From a virus (lineage: Duplodnaviria > Caudoviricetes), in the IMG/VR virus record IMGVR_UViG_3300030433_001389, positions 1 to 41,218 of that record: a stretch of 41,218 bases of DNA; one strand, 5' to 3'. The position numbers and the translations under genes are program-made. How positions within the stretch are numbered: position 1 is the first letter of the stretch; every line of letters begins with the position of its first letter. The notes below the pieces were generated by a model, which saw nothing but the letters and a program-made list of their open reading frames with translations, was not told the DNA's origin and made no database searches. This document shows, piece by piece, positions 18,814 through 28,339 of this stretch.

Positions 18814-20126
18814 TGATGTTGTTTGAGGACTTAGCGAGCGCAGTATATGCTGCACAAACTGAGCCGAAAGACAAGAGCATACTAGCCGAATTGTTCAAGA
18901 CGAATGCCATAGACGCACACGAAATTATAACGATATGTTGCGCAAGCCCACGAACTTCCATCAAAAGTCACCATGTAATATCCATGCTAGCCGAATCTTA
19001 TGGGCTGTTCCCCGAAGAATACAGGTCACTCATGGACGAAGAAGAGATGCCCGCGCTTCTTGCAAGCGAATCTCCATCAGATGTCGAACAGTCTATCACG
19101 CTAAGACAGGCTGTTGAAATGAAAGACATGATTACCAAAGGCGAATTGAATGCTGATATTCTTTTCAAGTCAATGTCTAGGTTAGCGGCTATGTTGTTTT
19201 GGGGCTACGCCTTTGGTCGCACTTCTCTCAATTACAGACGAATTATGAGCGCAGTAGCAACCGTTACGAAATATGATACAAGACATCTGCAAAAGATGCG
19301 TTCCATCATGCCAGCAGGTGAAGTAATCCAACGCGCGCTAAACGAAACTCTTCCCGATGAATACATCATCCAACCCACATACCCATTCAAAGCACCAAGA
19401 TATTCCCGATGGAATAAGTGGTCGCTGCCTTTCAAAAATACTCATTACATCATTGTAAAAGGAAAACATTACTACGCGCATCGAAGGGGAGATGCCGTCT
19501 ATTGTTTTGATTCAGACGCGAGGCGCGTGGCCCGTAACCCTATTTTTTCAGTTTCATATGATTGCGTCTGTGAAATCGACAGTGAAGATAACATAGTCGA
19601 GTTCCTTCACACTGAAACGAATCCCGAAATGTGGAAACAAGATAGAAGTGAGCGCGCCCGCAATCCGAAAGAAGTGAAAGACCGCGCACATCTGAGAGCG
19701 ATAGTCCAATCATTAGAGCAGGGGGAAACGCTGCGTCTGATAGATGGTGACCGACCTTACTTTCATAGTGGGGCGATAGGAGGTTTTGTTGTGCCAAGAA
19801 GAACATTTGACATCCCGCTAATCATACTCGGTGGGTTCAGAGAAGGAGAAGGAATACGAATTAAGATTGCTGCGCTAGATGGATTTGACCCATATCCTGT
19901 GGGATATGCGTATGTCAAAGCAGATGACATACCGGACAAATTGACAAGACTGTATGACGCTCAAGGCATGATGGATATAGACGAAGGTCTAGTTGGTATA
20001 TTCCATTCACTAGGTTACGACCATGATGAGAAGAAGATGCGCGCACCATATCTTACCCGAATAGATACCACGCTCGGACAATCAGACGCTATTCAAATCG
20101 GTGACTTATTGGAGAGAGGTGAGTGA
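18813..20126 (+). CDS. ATP-dependent DNA ligase-like protein, apparently catalytically degenerate
   Basis: Helical DBD-like N-terminus; IIVKGKHYYAHRRGDAVYCF at the motif I position; OB-like DIPLIILGG...MRAPYLTRID; no KxDG. Confidence 0.65.
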   Translation: MMLFEDLASAVYAAQTEPKDKSILAELFKTNAIDAHEIITICCASPRTSIKSHHVISMLAESYGLFPEEYRSLMDEEEMPALLASESPSDVEQSITLRQAVEMKDMITKGELNADILFKSMSRLAAMLFWGYAFGRTSLNYRRIMSAVATVTKYDTRHLQKMRSIMPAGEVIQRALNETLPDEYIIQPTYPFKAPRYSRWNKWSLPFKNTHYIIVKGKHYYAHRRGDAVYCFDSDARRVARNPIFSVSYDCVCEIDSEDNIVEFLHTETNPEMWKQDRSERARNPKEVKDRAHLRAIVQSLEQGETLRLIDGDRPYFHSGAIGGFVVPRRTFDIPLIILGGFREGEGIRIKIAALDGFDPYPVGYAYVKADDIPDKLTRLYDAQGMMDIDEGLVGIFHSLGYDHDEKKMRAPYLTRIDTTLGQSDAIQIGDLLERGE

Positions 20127-20477
20127 ATGGATGACGACTCCTTCTTTCTCGGATGGCTAGCGAGAGATTGCCGCTTTCAAATCAGCGTGCATTTCGCACC
20201 CAATACACGAATAGGTTACAGGGTGGAGAGGCGTGTGCTGGTGAGCCGAAAGGATGAACCGGCCCTCAACATGTGGTTATCCACGAAAGGTGTGAACGCA
20301 CGAATCATCAAAGACCCCGAACTGATTCAGCAAGTCATACGAATACTCGCCCCCGTCAAGGAACATGTATATGACGCTGCGAATATGCTGAAGATGATTC
20401 GGCTAATGGAATACAAGAAACGAAACCCTACGCACGAAAAGATAGAGGAAATCATCGACATGATAGATAATAGATGA
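20127..20477 (+). CDS. single-motif LAGLIDADG-like protein (degenerate)
   Basis: FFLGWLARDCRFQISV...IGYRV resembles YLAGFxDGDGSIxI...GY. Confidence 0.55.
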   Translation: MDDDSFFLGWLARDCRFQISVHFAPNTRIGYRVERRVLVSRKDEPALNMWLSTKGVNARIIKDPELIQQVIRILAPVKEHVYDAANMLKMIRLMEYKKRNPTHEKIEEIIDMIDNR

Positions 20478-20499
20478 AGTTCCACTTCTGCGCTTGTTG

Positions 20500-20590
20500 G
20501 ATTCTATTATCAAGAATATACTATTATTATTATAATAATAATTATTTATTTTTATTATGATAATAATACGATAATATCGAGAAAAGGGGG
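20500..20590. other. AT-rich putative replication origin / unwinding element
   Basis: Near-pure A/T tract with perfect 20-bp palindrome ATTATTATTATAATAATAAT (20523-20542), directly before the replication genes. Confidence 0.55.
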
Positions 20591-20604
20591 CACGCCGATT
20601 CGAC

Positions 20605-20616
20605 CCCTTATAAGGG
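20605..20616 (+). promoter_or_regulatory. TATA box within palindrome CCCTTATAAGGG
   Basis: TTATAA about 45 nt upstream of the RFC start; GGAGG SD follows. Confidence 0.5.
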
Positions 20617-20655
20617 CCGCGTCAAATCCTGTCCGGTGGATGGAGGAATCCGACG

Positions 20656-21537
20656 ATGCCATTTGAGCCGAAAACAATTGAAGACTACATAGGACACGAC
20701 GACCCAAGCAACCCGCTATTCTATCTCGATGAATGGAATGGTGATAGCCCCCAAAGATTACTATTCAGCGGTGGGCCGGGTCTAGGAAAAACAACTGCCG
20801 CATACATCATTGCACATCATCTAGGACTTGACTTGATTGAGTACAATGCTTCTGATGAAAGGGGTATAGATGCGGTGAGGAACAAGATAAAGGAAACTGC
20901 ATACAGCAGTTCTCTTTGGAACCAAAGACTCATTCTGCTAGATGAGTTTGAAGGTATGACAAAACAAGCGCAAGAAGCCTTGAAGCGTATGATGGAGAAA
21001 AGTAACTGCTGGTGGATTCTCACTTGCAATGATGATTCATCAATAATATCTGCTATCAAATCTCGCTGCGTACAGTTCAGATTCAAACCATATTCCCTAA
21101 ATCAGATACGCGCGTATGCCGAACTATTACTTTCTAGGACAGGTAAGGTTTCTAACGATGACCTTGCAGTATTGCATTCATACTACAACGGTGACCTTCG
21201 CGCGATTGGTAATCATATCGAAAGCGGTATGACAATTCAAGATAATCAAACTAATTTTGATTCGCTAGCACTAGACATTTCAGCCGGAGATTGGATTGAA
21301 GTTCACAAGTCTATGCTAGAACTCAGTAAAAGTGGGTCATCAATACATCACATGATGTATAAAATCCACGAACATGTGAAAACGATTGGGTTAGACTCCC
21401 AAAGTTTATATGCCTTCTTGGTCGTATGGGGTAATTTCGTAATGAAGATGCACCAATGGCCTCTATCAGATGAGTCGTTTATCGACTACTTTGTAGCGGC
21501 CTTATGCGAACAAGACAACAATACAGGAGGACAATGA
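20656..21537 (+). CDS. rfcS: replication factor C small subunit (clamp loader)
   Basis: GGPGLGKTT, EYNASDERGID, LDEFE, SRC motif. Confidence 0.93.
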   Translation: MPFEPKTIEDYIGHDDPSNPLFYLDEWNGDSPQRLLFSGGPGLGKTTAAYIIAHHLGLDLIEYNASDERGIDAVRNKIKETAYSSSLWNQRLILLDEFEGMTKQAQEALKRMMEKSNCWWILTCNDDSSIISAIKSRCVQFRFKPYSLNQIRAYAELLLSRTGKVSNDDLAVLHSYYNGDLRAIGNHIESGMTIQDNQTNFDSLALDISAGDWIEVHKSMLELSKSGSSIHHMMYKIHEHVKTIGLDSQSLYAFLVVWGNFVMKMHQWPLSDESFIDYFVAALCEQDNNTGGQ

Positions 21538-21538
21538 T

Positions 21539-22861
21539 ATGCCGAACCTAAACCAAAACGAAGCCAGCAGTACAGATAACAACGCGGGACTACACCCGGA
21601 TGTTGAGGAACGCCTAAAGTGGTGGGCGGAAAAGCACAACAAGACGCTTGACGATGCCACAGGAGACTTCTTCACATACCTAAAGATGGAACTTGGAGTT
21701 GATGACTTCTCTAACGAAGAAGATGACTTCTTAATTGATGCCGCGGAAACATTTGTAGTTGAAAGAAGAGTGATGTCCGGTACATCATCAGCAAACGCAA
21801 CCGAACTTGTCGGTTACTTTGTCGGAGTTGACCCTAAGATGAGAGATGGTCAACAGAGAAAGCGCGAACCAGCAGTTCAAGCAGCGATGAAAGACCTTGA
21901 TGAAGCAATTCAACTTGGAGTTGTAGCACGCGCATACACAGAAGATGGTGTATGGATGCTAGACAAGGGCGAAGAACAGGTTAAGACTGATGAACCAGCA
22001 GACGAAACACCGTGGTTCTTGTATGAAGAGAACGGACTTCAACTTGCTATCTTACAAAACAACCCCGAATGGAGTCGCTACGGTGAACCTATTACACCTT
22101 ACCGATGGCAACGCACATACTACTTCTTCGGTAACGAGAAAGACAATTTCCTAGATGACCAACGCTTGTTGAGAATTACTGTTACATCATCAGACCCCGA
22201 CAATTGGTTCGTACCACAACTGTTCAGCGAATGCACTCTCAAGGTGCGCGCTCAATCAGCAAATGTCAAGCCGGAATGGGCTGACACTTACAATGCATTT
22301 GCGCTACCGGGTGCAATCAAGTTCGGTAACGATTTCGTTGATGAAACACTACAAGCGGTAATCAGACCGGACAAGTTGATTCCCGAATCTAGTAACTATG
22401 TCAAAGACCTTTCACTACTTGCTGAAGTATTTGAAACAAAGCAAGAAGTTATTCCGGGCTACAACCCTGTTGGCCCTCTAGTCTTTGTTCGTGGTAAAGT
22501 AAGCGATATGAGAAAGGAAGCGCGTGAATCTGAGTGGGACCCTATTGGTCGTGACTACTCAATGAGCATCAGTTCCTTTGACTTAATGAGAACATTCAAC
22601 GGTGGAATGCGCCAAAACCTACCATGTTATATTCATGGACTACTAGGTGATGAAGGCCATCCATTTGAAGTTGCAACCGATGAAGGTTGGAAACCATACG
22701 CAGTCAAGTCAACAGTCATTGTCTTTGGACGATTGAGTGTGCGCGTAACTGATGATGGACCACAACCAGCAATCAAGACATTCGGAGTGTTCGCAGTTCC
22801 TCGCCTAGCAATTCCAGCAGGTGAGGGAGGCGAAACTTCAACAAGCCAATATGGAGAGTGA
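21539..22861 (+). CDS. probable ssDNA-binding / RPA-like protein
   Basis: Acidic, beta-rich 440-aa protein between RFC and the recombinase; C-terminal VIVFGRL OB-like segment. Function inferred from context. Confidence 0.45.
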   Translation: MPNLNQNEASSTDNNAGLHPDVEERLKWWAEKHNKTLDDATGDFFTYLKMELGVDDFSNEEDDFLIDAAETFVVERRVMSGTSSANATELVGYFVGVDPKMRDGQQRKREPAVQAAMKDLDEAIQLGVVARAYTEDGVWMLDKGEEQVKTDEPADETPWFLYEENGLQLAILQNNPEWSRYGEPITPYRWQRTYYFFGNEKDNFLDDQRLLRITVTSSDPDNWFVPQLFSECTLKVRAQSANVKPEWADTYNAFALPGAIKFGNDFVDETLQAVIRPDKLIPESSNYVKDLSLLAEVFETKQEVIPGYNPVGPLVFVRGKVSDMRKEARESEWDPIGRDYSMSISSFDLMRTFNGGMRQNLPCYIHGLLGDEGHPFEVATDEGWKPYAVKSTVIVFGRLSVRVTDDGPQPAIKTFGVFAVPRLAIPAGEGGETSTSQYGE

Positions 22862-22865
22862 AACA

Positions 22866-23870
22866 ATGCCTAACCTAAAAGACCTACAAGCCCAAGTAAA
22901 CGAAGAAGTCGAATACGAAGGACAGTTGAAACAAACTGTATCGGAAGGATTGACTGAAGAGAAGCAAAGCCATAGTAAACCAATCGCCCAATCAGTATGG
23001 GATGAGATAGTTAACGCAGGTGAAACTGTACCTAACAACATGATTTTCTGTGGATTAGTTGGACCCGAAGGTGTCGGTAAAACCGGCATCGTTCTTGACA
23101 GCATGGACGAAGAATCAAAGAAGCGCGGAGATGTAATCTTTGTACTAGACTTTGATGGTGGAGGACAAACTACACGCGTAACTCATCACCGAGAACACGC
23201 TAACAATATCCGCTGCTTGAATCCAAATGTAATGTTTGAAACATTCGATGAAGACGGAGAGATTCGTGAAGCAATTGACTATCCAGCAACACACAGACGC
23301 GTGATGAAGATAGGACAAACACTTGTTGATTGGGCGGCTCGGCCCGGTGACAAGCCAAGACTACACTCGGTTCTAATTACTGCGGTTGACCTATGGGATG
23401 AAGTCGCTAAGAACTGTATGTTCATTGAAGACTTAGGTACTGCACCGGACGGTATTGGTGCTAAAGTCAAACCGCATGAACAGATTGGTATGCGTTTCAA
23501 TTGGCAAATCAGAACTACAAGGTTCCATCAATTGACAACTATTGCGCGCACACTAATGTCACTCGGTGTCAATGTTTACTTTGAAACCCACTTCAAGGAC
23601 TTACAAGATAAGACAGGTTCAGTGGTTGGTAAAAAAGCAGCATGGGAAAAGCATACTGCTAACTATCTGAACCAAGTTCTGTACTTCCATAAGAAGAAGG
23701 TGCGCGACGAGAACGGCAAGAGTACAGGTGAAACTCGATACGAAGTTGAGTTCGTCAAGTGCAAGACTAACCCGGATTTGCTAGACCAAAGAAGAACCAT
23801 CATGGTAACCAAAGAAGGCCAACCGCTAGAATGGTACGGACTACCGGAATTGAGAGAGGGCCAAGTATGA
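22866..23870 (+). CDS. RecA/RadA-superfamily ATPase (Sak4/AAA_24-like)
   Basis: GPEGVGKT Walker A, VLDFDGG, VYFETH; ATG 22866. Confidence 0.75.
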   Translation: MPNLKDLQAQVNEEVEYEGQLKQTVSEGLTEEKQSHSKPIAQSVWDEIVNAGETVPNNMIFCGLVGPEGVGKTGIVLDSMDEESKKRGDVIFVLDFDGGGQTTRVTHHREHANNIRCLNPNVMFETFDEDGEIREAIDYPATHRRVMKIGQTLVDWAARPGDKPRLHSVLITAVDLWDEVAKNCMFIEDLGTAPDGIGAKVKPHEQIGMRFNWQIRTTRFHQLTTIARTLMSLGVNVYFETHFKDLQDKTGSVVGKKAAWEKHTANYLNQVLYFHKKKVRDENGKSTGETRYEVEFVKCKTNPDLLDQRRTIMVTKEGQPLEWYGLPELREGQV

Positions 23871-24247
23871 GTGAATGGAAAAAGACAGGTGAGCCAGCAC
23901 ATAACAACGCTGAATCAAGAAGCGCGGAAGATGAATATGTGTGGGAGGCGGACCCTAACTGTAAAGATTGCAAAGGAACAGGTGAAGTTTGGACTGAATC
24001 TGTTGTGAGGAATTGGGAAGGCGAGGCCGTTGATGTTGAACACATCAACGAGCCTTGCCACTGTATTTACAGTAGGTGGGTAGCCAAGCCGGACAAGAAG
24101 TGCATTCAATGTAAAGGAACAGGCGCGGTCCAAGAAAGACTAATCCACCCAACTACAAAAGAAGTGTATATTCAATTCCACGATTGCATCTGTTTGAGAT
24201 ACATACGAGAAGGTGATACTGATGAGACAAAAAGTAATGCACATTAA
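23867..24247 (+). CDS. DnaJ-type CxxCxGxG Zn-finger protein
   Basis: CKDCKGTG..CHC and CIQCKGTG..CIC. Confidence 0.7.
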   Translation: MSEWKKTGEPAHNNAESRSAEDEYVWEADPNCKDCKGTGEVWTESVVRNWEGEAVDVEHINEPCHCIYSRWVAKPDKKCIQCKGTGAVQERLIHPTTKEVYIQFHDCICLRYIREGDTDETKSNAH

Positions 24248-24380
24248 AGGAAAAAAGAAACCAAGACTATGCGGCGCGAAAGGAGAGATGGAGACAATAG
24301 GGGAGGATGAAGAACTCCCCGTTTGCCCCAAGTGTAATGCGATAGCAATAGCACTAGGACACTTAGGAGTTGATGTCTAA
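24222..24380 (+). CDS. 52-aa Zn-finger microprotein (not in ORF track)
   Basis: H...LCG...CPKC; GGTGA SD; TAATG coupling to the PCNA gene. Confidence 0.65.
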   Translation: MRQKVMHIKGKKKPRLCGAKGEMETIGEDEELPVCPKCNAIAIALGHLGVDV

Positions 24381-25156
24381 TGCCTATGGTCGAAGCCGTG
24401 TTTAACACTGATATTCTGAGAGGATTCGTAACAGGATTCGGAGAGGGTGTTGATGATTTGCAATGCAGCATTGAAGATATGGCAATGAAAGGAGTTGCTG
24501 ATGTGGCGACTCACTATGTTAGTAAGAGTATCATGGTGAAACCAATCAGTGTAACAGCCGGTAAGCAATACAAGCCGGGAAAACTATGCATCCCCGATGT
24601 CCATAAATTAGGCGCGTTTCTCAAATCTTGTGATGAAGATACTACCTATGTTCGACACACTTGTAACATGCTAACTGTAAGTAACGGTAATCAACGATTT
24701 AGCACACCTACGCATGACAATGTATTGTCGTATCAATCTGTTGATAGAGCAAAGGTGGCTATCTCTAATGCCGTTAACAACAAATGGACTAAGTTAGGTC
24801 GCGCGGATATACAATATCATGCTACTGCTTCTATGAGTGAATTGCATGGGTTGAGTTCTATGAGTAAGGTTGTAGCCAAAGACGCTCCTATACGAGTTAA
24901 GATGGATGATGAGTGTATGACAATCACCGCAGGTAACATGCGCGGAACAACAATGTCACGCACAATACATGTTGATGAACTTACCAGCAATGCATTTGCT
25001 GAAACTGTGTTTTCGTCACAATTCCCTAAGTTGTTATCAATCATGCCAAGTGGTGAAGTAACTCTTAGAATGGGAAATAAGAATGCGCTTATCATTAGTC
25101 ATAATGAGTTGGCTTGTCTTCTAATATTGAAACATCAAGAAGGGGTGGACGCATGA
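24380..25156 (+). CDS. pcn: DNA sliding clamp (PCNA-like)
   Basis: 258 aa with two-fold beta-alpha-beta layout (FSSQFPKLLS..GEVTLRMG..ALII), next to PolB and near RFC. Confidence 0.7.
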   Translation: MPMVEAVFNTDILRGFVTGFGEGVDDLQCSIEDMAMKGVADVATHYVSKSIMVKPISVTAGKQYKPGKLCIPDVHKLGAFLKSCDEDTTYVRHTCNMLTVSNGNQRFSTPTHDNVLSYQSVDRAKVAISNAVNNKWTKLGRADIQYHATASMSELHGLSSMSKVVAKDAPIRVKMDDECMTITAGNMRGTTMSRTIHVDELTSNAFAETVFSSQFPKLLSIMPSGEVTLRMGNKNALIISHNELACLLILKHQEGVDA

Positions 25157-25308
25157 AGAAGCCCCTGTATTTGTGTATGTACGCATATCTTTGTGGTTGC
25201 ACTACTGTAATGTCAAACGATAGAGAAACTATTAGCGCACACATGAAAGAAGTCCACGGTTGGAGTCAACAAGAATGCAAGGATGCGAATTGGGGTGATG
25301 ATGAATGA
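25153..25308 (+). CDS. C2H2-like Zn-finger microprotein
   Basis: C....CGC...HMKEVH; ATGA overlaps. Confidence 0.65.
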   Translation: MKKPLYLCMYAYLCGCTTVMSNDRETISAHMKEVHGWSQQECKDANWGDDE

Positions 25309-27674
25309 TTGCTGACGCTATCTATCACGACGACACGCCTCCTACTCTCTATATGAGATGGAGAGAGCATGGTAAACTTGTTGAGCAAACTGTTGATGAT
25401 TACAAACCCCACTTCTATGTTTCAGCGGCAACGCCGGAAGTGCGCTTCAAGCAATTCAAGCGCGCATATCCACAAGCAAAGATTCACAGGGATAAGACCT
25501 ACAAAGGTCTTGATGGTAATGTGTTGTATCGTATTGAAACGAACAACCCGTATGACCTAAAAAGAATGAGTCAAATGTTCAGCAAATCATACGAGGCTGA
25601 CATGCGTTTCATCGACCAATACTTGATTGAAGAATGCACAAAGATGCCTCAGTGGAAACCGCGCAAATGGTGGTATGATATTGAGTGTGACACAGGCGAT
25701 GATAAGTTCACAACCGTCATCGCCGTCATCGACTCCGACCTTGATGAACCCGTTGTATTTGCATGGACTGATGAGAGAACCAACTCATACTTCAATGATT
25801 CATTGGGAGAAATGACAGATGGTGAATGTCAATTAGTTGGTCGTAATGTTAGAGATGAGCATTATTTGTTGCGTGTGTATAAATCCGAAAAGGAAATGTA
25901 TGACGGATTCATTGAGTTCTTACATGAACGCGACCCCGATATGATGATTGCTCATGCGGGAACATTCTTTGACATACCACACATGATTGAACGCCTTGAC
26001 AAGATTTACGGTCATGGTGGCGCGTCTAAGTTAAGTCCTCTTGGTATCATTCGTTACCCTAAGAAGGGTGAGCGATACAGACATGACGACCAGCCAATCG
26101 CAGGTCGATGGCAGTTCGATACTGCTGCACCTGCCGGAACAGGAACAGGATTCGAGCGTGTATGGAAAGACAGTGGCGGCGGTCAATTACCTAATCTGAA
26201 ACTGAACACTATTGCTGAAACTCTTGGGCTTGGTTCAAAACTAACTGAAGAGATAGAAGGCATGACCGTTCACAACGGATGGTATGAGTATTGGGATGAG
26301 TTCGTTGACTACTGTTTACTCGACACCGTTCTTCTTCGTGGAATCGACGAAGCGCGTAATGTAACTGACTTCTTTGTTGAGATGGTTCGCCTATGTGGTG
26401 TATCAATTCAATCAGCAACGAATGTGTCAAACTTCATGCGCGGTTTACTTGGACGCAAGACAGACTTAATTGCACCGTCTAGGATTAACTTGGCTGAAAA
26501 ACCCGACCTAAAGGGTGCTGAGTTCATATTGAAAGATAACGGCTTGTACCGAGATGTTTGTGTAATAGACTACAAAGGATTGTACCCATCGCTTATGACC
26601 GGATTCAATCTGTGTTGGACTACAAAGCGTGATGGTCCGGGTGAAGGCATTCTTGAGATGGAAAACGGAACTTATTGGGACCAAACTGAGAAGGGCATAC
26701 TTCCTCAAGTTGTTGATGAACTCTTTGAGTATCGTGCATTGTGTAAAAAGCGTATGCGCGAAGCAGAAACTAAAGAGCAAAGAGCAGCATGGAATACAAC
26801 ACAATCCGCAGTCAAGCGCGTAATGGCGAGTCTGTATGGGGCAACCGCGAGTGTTGGGTTTGGTTGGGCTGACCTTGACATAGCAGAAACAATTCTATCT
26901 GAAGGACGACGCTGCATATCTCTTCTTGACTCAGTTGCTACTAGACTTGGTTACAATGTCTTGTATGGTTTTACTGACAGTGCTTTCGTGCAAGTACCAC
27001 TTGATGAAGCAGAAGCATTAGCAAAGAGAATTACTGATGTTATTCAGCGCGATACAGGTAACACTGAGTTGGTTGCTGAAGTTGAAGCCTACATGCCTTA
27101 TTGGTTACTTGCAGGTAAAAATCGTTACGCGGGTAAGGTGTCTTACCCACCGGAAGATGCAGGTAAACTCAAAACGGCTAACTTCACTAAAGGTAGTAAT
27201 CTTGCACCTGTTAGTAAGGAAGTGGAGATTAATGTACTAAACCTTGTTTGTGATGGTGCTTCGGAATCAGATGTTATCAATGCGGTATTGGAGATAGCGA
27301 CTCCGATTCGTCGTGGTGATATTGAATTGAAGTATGTCACAGAGCAGACGCGTATTGGTAAAAACCCGGAGGACTTTAACACTCCATCCGGTGCATCAAG
27401 AGCAGCGTTGTATTACAACAAAAACATGTGTGACAAAGACCCGTTTGTTTCGGGCGATTCAGTTCAATGGCTACCTGTTTCAGCAGTTCCTATTGGTTTA
27501 CCACCGACAGATATTGTCGCGTATCGTGAACCTGCTGAAATGGAGGGCTTTGAATTGAACAGAAATGCTATTCTGAAAAAACTAATTGAGAAGAAAATCT
27601 CCGGTATATTCGAGGTCTTGGGTTGGGACCTTGAAGCCGCAATGGGAACCCCCCGACCCGCAAAACTATGGTGA
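25305..27674 (+). CDS. polB: family B DNA polymerase
   Basis: ExoI YDIECD, ExoII FFDIP, ExoIII YCLLD, motif A DYKGLYPS, motif B KRVMASLYG, motif C YGFTDS, KNRYAG. Confidence 0.96.
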   Translation: MIADAIYHDDTPPTLYMRWREHGKLVEQTVDDYKPHFYVSAATPEVRFKQFKRAYPQAKIHRDKTYKGLDGNVLYRIETNNPYDLKRMSQMFSKSYEADMRFIDQYLIEECTKMPQWKPRKWWYDIECDTGDDKFTTVIAVIDSDLDEPVVFAWTDERTNSYFNDSLGEMTDGECQLVGRNVRDEHYLLRVYKSEKEMYDGFIEFLHERDPDMMIAHAGTFFDIPHMIERLDKIYGHGGASKLSPLGIIRYPKKGERYRHDDQPIAGRWQFDTAAPAGTGTGFERVWKDSGGGQLPNLKLNTIAETLGLGSKLTEEIEGMTVHNGWYEYWDEFVDYCLLDTVLLRGIDEARNVTDFFVEMVRLCGVSIQSATNVSNFMRGLLGRKTDLIAPSRINLAEKPDLKGAEFILKDNGLYRDVCVIDYKGLYPSLMTGFNLCWTTKRDGPGEGILEMENGTYWDQTEKGILPQVVDELFEYRALCKKRMREAETKEQRAAWNTTQSAVKRVMASLYGATASVGFGWADLDIAETILSEGRRCISLLDSVATRLGYNVLYGFTDSAFVQVPLDEAEALAKRITDVIQRDTGNTELVAEVEAYMPYWLLAGKNRYAGKVSYPPEDAGKLKTANFTKGSNLAPVSKEVEINVLNLVCDGASESDVINAVLEIATPIRRGDIELKYVTEQTRIGKNPEDFNTPSGASRAALYYNKNMCDKDPFVSGDSVQWLPVSAVPIGLPPTDIVAYREPAEMEGFELNRNAILKKLIEKKISGIFEVLGWDLEAAMGTPRPAKLW

Positions 27675-27678
27675 TACC

Positions 27679-27900
27679 ATGACAGAACAGGAAGATTATA
27701 TCCGAAAACTAGAAGCGCGAATTGAGAAGTTAGAGAAGAAGGTTGAAACAATCAATGCTGACCTAAACTCTCTTGAAGATGAAATGCCGATGGGTGGCGA
27801 TTTGGCTAAAGCAATACATGAAATACAACAAGAGATGCAGAAGCAAGGTATTACAATCATCAACCCTATCTATGCACCTAATATGGTTGGTGGTGTTTGA
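27679..27900 (+). CDS. coiled-coil hypothetical protein
   Basis: GGTGA SD; LEARIEKLEKKV heptads. Confidence 0.7.
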   Translation: MTEQEDYIRKLEARIEKLEKKVETINADLNSLEDEMPMGGDLAKAIHEIQQEMQKQGITIINPIYAPNMVGGV

Positions 27901-28205
27901 TGCAAGATGTTGAGATAACATACTTTGAAACAGGTACTAAGGAAGTTAGGAAAGCAGAAGGAGAATTATTCTTTGGTGATGCTTTACTTCAAGATTATAC
28001 AGGTCTTAGATACTACGACGAGGAAGCGAGAGAAAGACATTTGCTAATTCCTTCCGCGTGTATCATTACTATTGACTGTAAAGGTTGGTTTGATGAAGAA
28101 CTATACATGGTTGATATTGAAAACATGAAGGCTTCAAAGATGAGAGCGATGATGGAGATGCGTAAGAACAACAGCAGACAAATGGACGAGAGGGGGTTCC
28201 AATGA
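27897..28205 (+). CDS. hypothetical protein
   Basis: Coupled ORF. Confidence 0.7.
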   Translation: MMQDVEITYFETGTKEVRKAEGELFFGDALLQDYTGLRYYDEEARERHLLIPSACIITIDCKGWFDEELYMVDIENMKASKMRAMMEMRKNNSRQMDERGFQ

Positions 28206-28339
28206 GTAACCCTACTTGCACTGAATGTGGCAGAGAGATGGAGTATGAGGATTGGGCTTATCATTGTGAATGCGGTGAAGGTCTAGCAGAAAGTACATGG
28301 GTTAAAGATAACGAACCCGATAACCACCGAGATGATTGA
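28202..28339 (+). CDS. 45-aa Zn-ribbon microprotein (not in ORF track)
   Basis: MSNPTCTECGREM...HCECG; ATGA overlap. Confidence 0.65.
   Translation: MSNPTCTECGREMEYEDWAYHCECGEGLAESTWVKDNEPDNHRDD

Noticed and set aside
20127-20477. Intron- or intein-encoded homing endonuclease
   Set aside because: Free-standing; no split host gene or splice motifs evident
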